From Candidatus Colwellbacteria bacterium (GTDB lineage Bacteria > Patescibacteriota > Minisyncoccia > UBA6257 > Colwellbacteraceae), in NCBI GenBank assembly GCA_016176505.1, contig JACOXB010000010.1, forward strand, positions 27,021 to 91,020: DNA of 64,000 nt, in the 5' to 3' direction. Below are positions 10,209-18,878 of the stretch, piece by piece; the stretch's first letter is position 1; each line of letters starts with the position of its first letter. The notes under the pieces were generated by a model that worked only from the letters and a program-made list of their open reading frames with translations, had not been told where the DNA came from and did no database searches. A program made the translations under genes and the position numbers.

Positions 10209-10439
10209 TTACTTCTCCTTTCTCTCGTCTTTCAGTCTCATGAACCCGTAGTTGCCGTCAGGCTTCCGACCGAACCACTGACCCGGTGGCGCTTGCCGGT
10301 TCATCTCCCTAACTAGGTCGGCTAGGAACATGTTCGCCCACAATTCGCCGATTACCGGATTCAGTTTCTTCAGCCAGAGCAAGAGTTCGGTGAGCATCTC
10401 CTCCTCTGTCTGATTCGCCGGATTTACCATTCCATCCAC
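10209..10439 (-). CDS. Small hypothetical protein
   Basis: Strong SD AAGGAGG; start could be GTG at 10439 or the ATG 3 codons later. Confidence 0.6.
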   Translation of the reverse strand: MDGMVNPANQTEEEMLTELLLWLKKLNPVIGELWANMFLADLVREMNRQAPPGQWFGRKPDGNYGFMRLKDERKEK

Positions 10440-10468
10440 CTCCTTTCTATATTCTCAAGGTTCTGGTG

Positions 10469-10533
10469 CCGAGTTTCGTCCTTTGCCTATTTCAGGCGGG
10501 ACTCGTCGGGGCGAGTTTGACTCGCCGACTCGG
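10469..10533 (-). ncRNA. Hammerhead ribozyme, type III
   Basis: Minus strand: CCGAG-UC / stem I GGCGAGU-caa-ACUCGCC / core CCGACGA / stem II GUCC...GGAC / GAAA-CUCGG; all three stems pair; core is a U4C variant of CUGANGA. Confidence 0.85.
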
Positions 10534-10588
10534 TCTGCCCGGGAGAGCGATTTAGTTTCATCACTCTCCCGGGACCTTGTGCGCGGAG

Positions 10589-10714
10589 CTAGTCGTCCGG
10601 GTCGTTCGAGTCGTCCCAAATGGCCTCCTCGAACTCCTCGGGGACGCTCTCCCACGCGCACTCCAAGCAGTCGAACCAGTCGTTTCCGTGTTCGCAAAAC
10701 TCTTCCTCTTCCAC
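10589..10714 (-). CDS. 41-aa acidic Cys/His microprotein (not in ORF track)
   Basis: SD AAGGAG, GTG start; MEEEEFCEHGNDWFDCLECAWESVPEEFEEAIWDDSNDPDD. Confidence 0.55.
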   Translation of the reverse strand: MEEEEFCEHGNDWFDCLECAWESVPEEFEEAIWDDSNDPDD

Positions 10715-10982
10715 CTCTTGCTCCTTTCCGTGGGTCTGGCCGCTTAGCTTTGTGCTAGCAGGTCGTCAGGTTGTTTCAAGGTGCTTCCTTGAGGGCGGCT
10801 ATGCCCTCAGGAGGCAGGACGTCCTTGGACTCCGAGCCTCCCGAGGGTATAAAAACCGCCGCGGCTAGCGGCGGTTCGGCCCAGATTGCCTGTTTTAGGT
10901 TTAAAAAATCGCCTTCCCGGCGACCTTTCTCTGACTTTATTTTGGAGCTTCTTTTTCCTGAATCTCCTCATTTTGTCCATAT

Positions 10983-11011
10983 ATTATAGCATAGTCGATA
11001 TCGCTTGTCAA
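10983..11011 (-). promoter_or_regulatory. Consensus sigma70 promoter
   Basis: TTGACA-N17-TATAAT with extended TG, pointing into the 9661-10714 cassette. Confidence 0.85.
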
Positions 11012-11047
11012 GGCCCCCTTTAGCCCCATAAATAAAGGACTTTTGGC

Positions 11048-11569
11048 CTAGAACTCTATCCCCTCTTTAGCCAACTTCCCCTTATTAAGCGGGTGCTTGA
11101 CTTCTTTCATTTCAGTCACAAGATCAGCCTTATCAATAAATGATTGAGGCGCGTCTCGGCCAGTTAGAATCACGATTTTATCTAGCGGAATATTTTTTAA
11201 CACACCGAGGGCTTCTTCTTCGTCGAGCAAGCCAAGCGAAACCGCCACATTGATTTCATCAAGAATAATCATATCCCAAGAACCGCTTGCTAATTCTTTT
11301 TTAAAATAGTCAAAAGCCTTCTCGGCCGCCTCAATGTGTTCACTTTTCGGCAGATTGTCATCCAGAATCCCAACAAATCCCAAACCCCTTTTTTCTAGGC
11401 GAAACTCGCCTTTACCGCGTATTTCCATAAAATCCTCGCCCGCTTTCCAGGAAAGACTCTTAATAAACTGGATCATTAAAACCCGCTTGCCTTGACCAAC
11501 CGCCCGCGCCGCCTGCCCCAAAGCGGCAGTTGTCTTTCCTTTCCCGTTTCCAGTAAAAATTACAAGCAT
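11048..11569 (-). CDS. Cob(I)alamin adenosyltransferase (CobO/BtuR family)
   Basis: FTGNGKGKTTAALG, IQFIK, ILDEI, LTGR, ADLVTEM..VKHP. Confidence 0.9.
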   Translation of the reverse strand: MLVIFTGNGKGKTTAALGQAARAVGQGKRVLMIQFIKSLSWKAGEDFMEIRGKGEFRLEKRGLGFVGILDDNLPKSEHIEAAEKAFDYFKKELASGSWDMIILDEINVAVSLGLLDEEEALGVLKNIPLDKIVILTGRDAPQSFIDKADLVTEMKEVKHPLNKGKLAKEGIEF

Positions 11570-11659
11570 GCCCTAATTATAAGCTCAATCTCGAAGAACG
11601 CTTAACCCCCTCTACCCGCTACGCCCGCATTCACTGCTTTGCTATAGTAAAGCGCTCAT

Positions 11660-12043
11660 TTATGGCGGATACATAACACCATACTTTGTCCGGACTGACG
11701 GGCCATATAGTTTTTTCAAATCAGGCGGCGGTTTACGATGGCTATACACTTTTTTCTTTCGCTCGGTCTTACCACGATCGTAGTAACTTCGATAACTTGT
11801 TTCCTTTGTGGCCTTTTTAATAACGCTAATAGTTTGAGATGAAAGCCAAAGTTCCTCAGCAATCTGGCGATAGCTCTTCCCTAGACGCAGTTTTTCCATC
11901 ACCGCGGTACGCAAAACTAAATTGCGACGTTCATAAGGGGTGACTAGCCGCATTAAAAGCGGCTGTGACTTTGAGATCTTTCGCCAGCAAGCCTCTTCCC
12001 ATTTTTGGCGCGAAGAGTAATTACTAATCGGGGGCAAATTCAT
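11660..12043 (-). CDS. TrpR/YerC-like helix-turn-helix protein
   Basis: TPYERRNLVLR...GKSYRQIAEELWLSSQTIS. Confidence 0.65.
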   Translation of the reverse strand: MNLPPISNYSSRQKWEEACWRKISKSQPLLMRLVTPYERRNLVLRTAVMEKLRLGKSYRQIAEELWLSSQTISVIKKATKETSYRSYYDRGKTERKKKVYSHRKPPPDLKKLYGPSVRTKYGVMYPP

Positions 12044-12279
12044 GGCGATGAATATCAGTTTAATTTATTCTATCATACTGCTTTGCTGTAGCAAAGCAGT
12101 ATGATATCTTAGTCTCGTTAACGTCAGATACCATTAATGTCGTTGATACTAGCGCTACTAAGTGCTTTGATGCATCAAAGCACTTAGTATGAAATTAATC
12201 GGGTTTATAGAATTAATCAGGTTAAGATGTTTAAAAACGTGAAGCCCCCGTCATGAAGACCGGGGGCTGTAGGCAGCGA

Positions 12280-12564
12280 TTATGCGTGTCCTCCGAGGGC
12301 GAAACGAAGTTTTTCGCTGGTCTCAGAATCCAACACGACCATGTTCCGCCTTGGGGTCTTCTGGGAACCCGGAACAGGCATGCCGTGCTGACGGAAGACC
12401 TCCTCCTCGGCCTTGTCGATCGCCTCGAGCCCGAGACCGAACCCCATCGCCGTGAGGCCGACGAGTAGCCCGTTCGTTGCCTCATGGGGCTTGAGCCAAC
12501 CCATGAGACGACCCACGAGCACCAGACCGTTCCAAACCGCACCAACCTTGATCAGGGGATTCAT
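12280..12564 (-). CDS. Hypothetical membrane protein (GC-rich cassette)
   Basis: SD AAGGAGG before ATG at 12564; promoter TTGACG-N17-TACTTT upstream; terminator downstream. Confidence 0.6.
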   Translation of the reverse strand: MNPLIKVGAVWNGLVLVGRLMGWLKPHEATNGLLVGLTAMGFGLGLEAIDKAEEEVFRQHGMPVPGSQKTPRRNMVVLDSETSEKLRFALGGHA

Positions 12565-12633
12565 GTCCCCTCCTTTCCGACTCGAAGAACAACAGTTGTG
12601 CTTGGCTGAAAGTAACACTAGTTTCTCGTTCCG

Positions 12634-13743
12634 TCAACCAATTATTACTCCGCCGCCGAGCATCTCGTACCCGTAACCCGCCTTCGCTCCGCTACGGCAA
12701 GGCAAGTAAAAAACAGCTGATTGTCCCGGAGCTACAAATTTTTGAGGATGCTCAAAAAATACCCTGTACCTGGTGCCTGGCACACTGTACAGTTTTGCGG
12801 GAACAAGCGGCTGGCGATAACGAACCCGAACGAAAATATCGCCTCCCTCTATTGGGTTGATAAAATTGACGTCGGTGAGTTCGATTTCGTTTCGATAAAG
12901 AGACTCATCGCTCTCCCTGGCAAGAACAACCGTATTTTTCTCGACGTCTTTTTCAGCTACGTAATGAGGTTCATTTAAGGCGACCCCTAAGCCATGACGC
13001 TGGCCAATAGTGTAAAAATGAGCACCGGAATGAGCGCCGACTACTTTCCCATCGCTATCGAAAACTCTCCCCTGTTTTTGGGGAAGATATTCGCTTAAGA
13101 ATTCTTCAAGCGTTACCTTGCCGACAAAACAAATACCTTGAGAATCTTTTTTCTCGGCTGTCGGCAATCCCGCATCTCTCGCCATCTTTCGCACCTCACT
13201 TTTTAGATAATCGCCAATCGGAAAAAGACAATACTTTAACTGCTCTTGAGTCAAAGTCCATAAAAAATACGACTGGTCCTTCTGCTCGTCCCGAGCAATT
13301 TTCAATTTCCAATTTTCAGTTTTCAAATCTTTTTCAAGTCGAGCGTAATGACCAGTCGAGATGTAATCCGCTCCCATCGCGAGCGCTTTTTCTAAAAACA
13401 AGCCGAACTTGATTTCCTTATTGCACATCACATCCGGATTCGGCGTTAAGCCTCGCCGATAGCCTTCAATCATGTAATCAACCACTTTTGCCTTGTATTC
13501 TTTTTCGAGATCAAGCACATAAAATGGGATGCCGAGGTGATTGGCCACCCTTCTCGCATCATCGGCTTCTTTTACATCACAGCCATCCCGATTCCAGCAG
13601 CGCAAATGAATCCCGGTTACCTCATATCCCTGGTTTCTTAATAATAATGCCGCAACGGATGAATCAACGCCGCCGGACATTGCCACAAAAACCCTTCGAC
13701 TACGCTCAGGGCTTTCAGCTTTCTTGTTATACTCGTTCCGCAT
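12634..13743 (-). CDS. mnmA: tRNA 2-thiouridylase
   Basis: AMSGGVDSS, PNPDVMCN, TGHY, KDQSYFL, TIGQR, PGQSAV. Confidence 0.95.
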   Translation of the reverse strand: MRNEYNKKAESPERSRRVFVAMSGGVDSSVAALLLRNQGYEVTGIHLRCWNRDGCDVKEADDARRVANHLGIPFYVLDLEKEYKAKVVDYMIEGYRRGLTPNPDVMCNKEIKFGLFLEKALAMGADYISTGHYARLEKDLKTENWKLKIARDEQKDQSYFLWTLTQEQLKYCLFPIGDYLKSEVRKMARDAGLPTAEKKDSQGICFVGKVTLEEFLSEYLPQKQGRVFDSDGKVVGAHSGAHFYTIGQRHGLGVALNEPHYVAEKDVEKNTVVLARESDESLYRNEIELTDVNFINPIEGGDIFVRVRYRQPLVPAKLYSVPGTRYRVFFEHPQKFVAPGQSAVFYLPCRSGAKAGYGYEMLGGGVIIG

Positions 13744-14296
13744 ATTCTCCAGTTTGAGTATTAATTCTCACAATATCGCCTTCATCTACAAAAAGAGGAA
13801 CATTTATTTTAGCCCCGCCTTCAATTGTCACTATCTTAGTGCCGCCGGCAGCCGTACTGCCACGGATAGCAGGCGGTGCCTCAATCACGCGATACTCTGC
13901 CTTAATCGGCAGTTCAATACTAAAAATTTCCCCTTCTTTGTCAAACCTAAAAGCAATTACATTCATTTTCGGTTTTAAAAAAACCCTTGATGCCCCCAAA
14001 TCCTCCTCGCCGAGCCTAAACCGATTAGCTGGCTTGCCCTTTTCATGGAACCAATACTCATCTCTTTTTGCGTAGACAAACTCGGCCTCCACTCTTTCAA
14101 GCTCGGCCTCTTCAAATTTATCTCCGGGCTTAAAGTTTCGACTGACTAAACGGCCAGTTTTAACCTGCCGGAGTTTTGTCTGGACTACGGCTCCGCCCCG
14201 ACCCATGTGAAGATGGCTTACCTCAAGAACAGCGTGCGGTCCTTCAGGTAAAATAATAATTTTCCCCTTTTTAAGGTCATTGATTGAAAGGCTCAT
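13727..14296 (-). CDS. efp: Elongation factor P
   Basis: MGRGGAVV loop, VPLFVDEGD, TGEYAER. Confidence 0.92.
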   Translation of the reverse strand: MSLSINDLKKGKIIILPEGPHAVLEVSHLHMGRGGAVVQTKLRQVKTGRLVSRNFKPGDKFEEAELERVEAEFVYAKRDEYWFHEKGKPANRFRLGEEDLGASRVFLKPKMNVIAFRFDKEGEIFSIELPIKAEYRVIEAPPAIRGSTAAGGTKIVTIEGGAKINVPLFVDEGDIVRINTQTGEYAERV

Positions 14297-15731
14297 TTCC
14301 TCCTAAAGCTTTTCTTAGTCTTTCCCGGTCAATTTCTTTTCTCTTTTTCTCTGGTCGAGGCGGCGGCGTTTTTAATATCTCAAGCTCCCGTTCACCTCGC
14401 CGCTCCACTTTTTGCTGGATTAACTCTGTCTCGCCCAGCCACTCACCATGAATTTTTTTCTCCACCATTTCTCTCGCGGTCGCATAAAGTCGACGGGTGT
14501 TTTCAATAATGTCATCAACAAAAGATTCTTTAGGCAACGGCGTTGGCGGCAGGGTTACGGCTGAAAATGGCCGTGAGGCAATGCCGTCAATCATCATCCG
14601 CACATAAATACTATGTTTAGCTAAATTGACCAAATCGCTCTCGTCAAAATAGGGGACGAATTCTTTCTCCAGAAACTCGGCGTCCTCTGGCCCAACCCGA
14701 AAAACAATCATCGTGCCGACATTGCCGAAAATGGCGTCTTTCACCGCCGTATAAGTCCGGCCCATTTCACCGGTGAGCTGGCCAATATACTGGTGAGCCA
14801 AAACTAGATCCAGACGATACTTTCTCGCCTCGGAAAGAATATTGGCAAAAGATTCGGTCGAAAAGTGCTGGAACTCATCAAGATAAAGAAAGAAGTCGCG
14901 TCGTTCTTCCTCCGGTATATCAACCCGGCGCATGGCCGCAACCTGGAGCCGAGTCACAAGCAAAGCGCCAAGAAGCGAAGAGTTTTCTTCGCCAATTCGG
15001 CCCCGAGCTAAGTTGGCAATCAGAATTTTCCCCTCATCCATAACCTGGCGCAGATTCATTGAAGAATGGGGTTGGCCAATAATATTTCTGATTAAAGGGT
15101 TTGAAACAAACTGCCCTACTTTATTTAAAATGGCGGCCACGGCTTCAACTTCAAATCTTTCTGAATATCTAGAAAATTCATTCACCCAGAAGCTTTTGAC
15201 CACCGGATCAGTTAAATTAGCGACGAGTTTATCGCGATATTTTTTGTCTGAAAGAATGCGAACAATGCCAAGCAGAGTCGCGTCCGGATATTCGAGCAGA
15301 GTTAAAAGAGCATTATTTAAGATGTATTCCATTCTGGCCGACCAAACATCAGGCCAGATTTTTTTGAAAACTCCAAGTACGCCTGCGGCTATTAAGTGCC
15401 GCTGAGACTCCGAAACCCGTTCGAGCGGGTTAAAACCAATGGGGTATTCCGTATCATGGGGAGCAAAATACACTACATCGGCCGCTCTTTCTTCCGGCAC
15501 TAGACGCAGGATTTTTTCGGCAAACTCGCCGTGCGGATCAAGTAATCCCACGCCGCGGCCAGCCATAATGTCGTTCACAATCATATTCTCCATCATGGTG
15601 GTTTTGCCCACTCCGGTTTTCCCGACAATATAAATATGCCGGCGCCGATCGTCGGTTTTAATACCGAACTTCACATTCCGATTACGGAAGTTAGTCTGGC
15701 CAATAATGGTTGTATCAGATCCGATAAGCAT
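14277..15731 (-). CDS. VirD4/TrwB-like (HerA/FtsK superfamily) ATPase
   Basis: DRRRHIYIVGKTGVGKT, LDPHGE, YLDEFQ, SEARKY, AHQY. Confidence 0.85.
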   Translation of the reverse strand: MLIGSDTTIIGQTNFRNRNVKFGIKTDDRRRHIYIVGKTGVGKTTMMENMIVNDIMAGRGVGLLDPHGEFAEKILRLVPEERAADVVYFAPHDTEYPIGFNPLERVSESQRHLIAAGVLGVFKKIWPDVWSARMEYILNNALLTLLEYPDATLLGIVRILSDKKYRDKLVANLTDPVVKSFWVNEFSRYSERFEVEAVAAILNKVGQFVSNPLIRNIIGQPHSSMNLRQVMDEGKILIANLARGRIGEENSSLLGALLVTRLQVAAMRRVDIPEEERRDFFLYLDEFQHFSTESFANILSEARKYRLDLVLAHQYIGQLTGEMGRTYTAVKDAIFGNVGTMIVFRVGPEDAEFLEKEFVPYFDESDLVNLAKHSIYVRMMIDGIASRPFSAVTLPPTPLPKESFVDDIIENTRRLYATAREMVEKKIHGEWLGETELIQQKVERRGERELEILKTPPPRPEKKRKEIDRERLRKALGGNEPFNQ

Positions 15732-15743
15732 TACGCCCTTATT

Positions 15744-17039
15744 CTACTCCTCTATTACCGGAAGGTTAATCGGTGCCTCACCTTTCCTAGCCTCAAGGGC
15801 TCTGACTCTTGCCGGTGTTACTGCGGTAGTGGGCACATGAAAAAGGGTGGCTAACTCTTCAGTGTTAAAAACGCTTGTTTTTAGCTCAAGGCCAAAGCGA
15901 AGCGGCACTGGCTGAGGTATATCCCGGTTAACATAGTGCAGCCAGATAAATTTTCGCCTCCGTTCAAGCCGAACTTGGCGCATCTTCTTAGTTATCCTGA
16001 ATGGTTTGGCTATAAAGTAAGCCGAAGTCATGGTTAGGAAATTAGGTTTTATCGAATTCAGATTATAGGTATTAAAGTGCCGCGTCGCGCCGAAAAAGGC
16101 ATCGACGTTCTCGCCCGTAAAAGCGTCTCGATTATCAATGTAAACCATCCGCCACAGCGCTTCGAAGCCAAGTTTTGATAACTTATTCTCAACTGCTTTT
16201 AGGGCATCTTGCTCGCCCGGAGTAGTACGCGGAGGAGGTTCGGCCGGTTTATCGCCGCCGGCTCCCCACTCAGGTTCCTTAACCAGCGCCACCATAAAAT
16301 TCTTTAAAAATTGGCTAGTCGAACCGAACCGGTCTTTCTTTTCTTCTTTTTTTCGGCCGGATACTTTATCAACTACTTCTTTCCCTTTTTTCACCCAGTC
16401 ATCGCTCACCGGCCTTATTAAAAGCTGGCTCAATAATCTTTCGTCTCCCCTTAGATTGGCAACTGCTTCGATAATAACACCAATAGGATCTACCAACTCT
16501 TCTTCAGTGCTTGCTTCAAAAGTAGGATAGGTTTTAATCGGGTAAGCATCTTCTCTCGCGAGAATTAGGTCAGTGCCAAATAATTGGAGTTTCTCATTCG
16601 GTAAATTAGGCGCTATTTCATTAATGTAATCAGGCACTTCTTCAAGTTCAGCCTCGGGATACTGAGAGAAAAAAGATGCTTCTACAAGCTTGCGAAATTC
16701 GGCTGGCGCTCGGACGAAAAAACGAACACCGGAGGCCTCACCAACCATCTCGAATGACATCCAATTTTCAACCTTACCTTTGGTATAGCGATCTTTTCGG
16801 CCGGGCGGATAAGTAATCTGATAAAGGTTGGCAAAAACCTGCTCCATGGCCTTGGCTGATTTCAAGTTCTCCCGGGGAATTTTAATCTCGAGTAGTACCC
16901 ATTTAATCGAGCGGATATAAGCCCGGGTGATGTCTGTCAGCCACCATTCGCGAAAAATTACCGCGATTGTGACGGGAATAATAAACCACCAGAAAGATAG
17001 GACGGATTCGATGCCTGATTCGAAGATTTCCTCAATCAT
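15744..17039 (-). CDS. Conserved hypothetical partner of the VirD4-like ATPase
   Basis: N-terminal TM, LLEIKIPRE, SFEM, SQYP, EELATLFH; start set to ATG 17039 overlapping upstream stop. Confidence 0.7.
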   Translation of the reverse strand: MIEEIFESGIESVLSFWWFIIPVTIAVIFREWWLTDITRAYIRSIKWVLLEIKIPRENLKSAKAMEQVFANLYQITYPPGRKDRYTKGKVENWMSFEMVGEASGVRFFVRAPAEFRKLVEASFFSQYPEAELEEVPDYINEIAPNLPNEKLQLFGTDLILAREDAYPIKTYPTFEASTEEELVDPIGVIIEAVANLRGDERLLSQLLIRPVSDDWVKKGKEVVDKVSGRKKEEKKDRFGSTSQFLKNFMVALVKEPEWGAGGDKPAEPPPRTTPGEQDALKAVENKLSKLGFEALWRMVYIDNRDAFTGENVDAFFGATRHFNTYNLNSIKPNFLTMTSAYFIAKPFRITKKMRQVRLERRRKFIWLHYVNRDIPQPVPLRFGLELKTSVFNTEELATLFHVPTTAVTPARVRALEARKGEAPINLPVIEE

Positions 17040-17868
17040 TGATGGCGTAAGTGCCCCGGCCAACCAAAACAAACCGCGGATCACGAATTAACTCATTGTG
17101 AACCGTGGCCGGAGCCCTTTTCCGCTCATCTAAGCTGTTAACTAAGCGCGCAATTTCAGTAAAGTGAAGCGGATTATCAGATTTCTTAAGCACGAGGTAG
17201 GCCTTATCGCGCACTGTCTTTGGCGCCACGTGAACCCAGTGGTCCGCGCCGAGATCCCCATAAGGACCGCTGGCGAATCTTTTCGAAAGCGTTAAATAGT
17301 TAACCACTAATGGTTCGGGGATTTTATATTTAGGCACAACAACGGCCAGGTACCGGCTAAAATCATGTTTATCCAAACTTAGGAGATGGCGAACCAAATC
17401 CTCGGCTTTCTGCAAAACTTTTGGTTCGGTATACCAGACCAAATGCCATTCGTCATTCGATCGATTAATTAGCGGCCGCTCTAAAACTTTAGCCAGAAAA
17501 TGAAGCTGATTATAAAGCAGGTCTTCGCCGCGCTTATCATCCAAAAGAATTGAAAAATCCCGAGCCAAAAAATCACTCCGCCGCAGGCCGCCAACATCGG
17601 TTAAATAAGTCTCGACTAATTTTAAAAATTTGGCTGCTTCTTCATGGGCTTTAATTTTGGCCCGAATCGAGTCAAGAAAAGCAGCTTCAATCTGCCTCAC
17701 TCGCTCTCGAGTCAGACTATATTCATCCCCCAAATCAGCCAAAGTCCTTGTTTTCGGCGATTCAAGCCCATAGCGATGGCTCACAATCCGCCTAGTTCTT
17801 TTGTCAGCCCCGCCTAATGCCTCAGAAATTAAGGCATCAAGATCAAATCCCTCTTTAGTGCTTAACAT
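17032..17868 (-). CDS. Sigma70 region-4 HTH plus C-terminal winged-helix (HARE-HTH-like) protein
   Basis: LTRERVRQIE; PLHFTEIA...TVHNELIRDPRFVLVGRG. Confidence 0.75.
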   Translation of the reverse strand: MLSTKEGFDLDALISEALGGADKRTRRIVSHRYGLESPKTRTLADLGDEYSLTRERVRQIEAAFLDSIRAKIKAHEEAAKFLKLVETYLTDVGGLRRSDFLARDFSILLDDKRGEDLLYNQLHFLAKVLERPLINRSNDEWHLVWYTEPKVLQKAEDLVRHLLSLDKHDFSRYLAVVVPKYKIPEPLVVNYLTLSKRFASGPYGDLGADHWVHVAPKTVRDKAYLVLKKSDNPLHFTEIARLVNSLDERKRAPATVHNELIRDPRFVLVGRGTYAIND

Positions 17869-17978
17869 GGTTTAATTATACTTTTAAAATCTTGATAAAT
17901 CGGTTGATAACTCTATTCTACAATAAAACCGAGAATTTGAAAAGGGGGTACCCCCACGCCCTGAGCAGGGTCGAAAGA

Positions 17979-18878
17979 CTAGCGTTTTCGGCCCAATTTT
18001 TGGGCTACCAGGAGCAAGGGACTGGCAAAAAAGATTGAAGAATAGGTGCCGTTAATAACTCCGACAAGAATGGCTAAGGTGAAAAGCTTGATGCTCGCCG
18101 GCCCCATAAAATAGAGCGCCAAAAGCACTAGAACTACAGTTAAAGAAGTATTGATCGATCGGTGGATAGTCTGCTTAATGCTTTGGTCAATAATCTCCGA
18201 AAGCTTCAGCTTGTCCCTGTAAATAAGCAGGTTCTCCCGAATCCGGTCAAAAACCACAATCGTGTCGTGAACCGAGAACCCCATCACCACGAGGAGGGCC
18301 ACCACAAAATTAGTATCGACCGTAATCCCCAAAAGATGGCCAAGGAAAGCAAAAAATCCGGCCGGGATTACAACATCGTGAACCAATGTAATTAAAGTAA
18401 TCAAACCATATTTCCAAGAACTGATTGGCCGGGAAACTTTACGAAAGGCAAAAGTTAAGTAGAGCGAAATGGCAAGCATCACAAGACCAATCGCCCAAAA
18501 AGCTTTTTGTCTTAACTCAGCTGAGACTGAAGGACTGATGGTCAAGAAGTCTAAATCTTGAACCTCATTTCCAAAACGGTTCTGAACCGAATCAAGATAA
18601 GTTTGACGATCCGCCTCGGATATCTCTCGAAATGACATTGAGTAAACTTGGTTTGCCGGATCATAAGCCACATTGACTTCATCGAGCTTAAGCTCGTTTA
18701 TGAAAAACTCTTTAACCTCGACCGGATTAGTGTTCGGGATTCCTAATTGCCAAAGCGAACCGCTTTTAAAATCAATCCCCAGCTTGAAGCCGAAAACTAA
18801 GATGCTCGCGGCGCCGGCCGCAATCATAGCTAAAGAAAGGTAAAGAAAGAAAGTTTTGTGTTTAAGCAGTTTTTCCAT
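17979..18878 (-). CDS. secF: Protein translocase subunit SecF
   Basis: GIDFKSG, GFSVHDTIVVFDRIRE, RSINTS, GTYSSIF. Confidence 0.95.
   Translation of the reverse strand: MEKLLKHKTFFLYLSLAMIAAGAASILVFGFKLGIDFKSGSLWQLGIPNTNPVEVKEFFINELKLDEVNVAYDPANQVYSMSFREISEADRQTYLDSVQNRFGNEVQDLDFLTISPSVSAELRQKAFWAIGLVMLAISLYLTFAFRKVSRPISSWKYGLITLITLVHDVVIPAGFFAFLGHLLGITVDTNFVVALLVVMGFSVHDTIVVFDRIRENLLIYRDKLKLSEIIDQSIKQTIHRSINTSLTVVLVLLALYFMGPASIKLFTLAILVGVINGTYSSIFFASPLLLVAQKLGRKR

Noticed and set aside
10455-10758. ORFs 10455-10697 (-) and 10483-10758 (+)
   Set aside because: They overlap the hammerhead and hairpins; the SD-supported 41-aa ORF explains the coding signal better.
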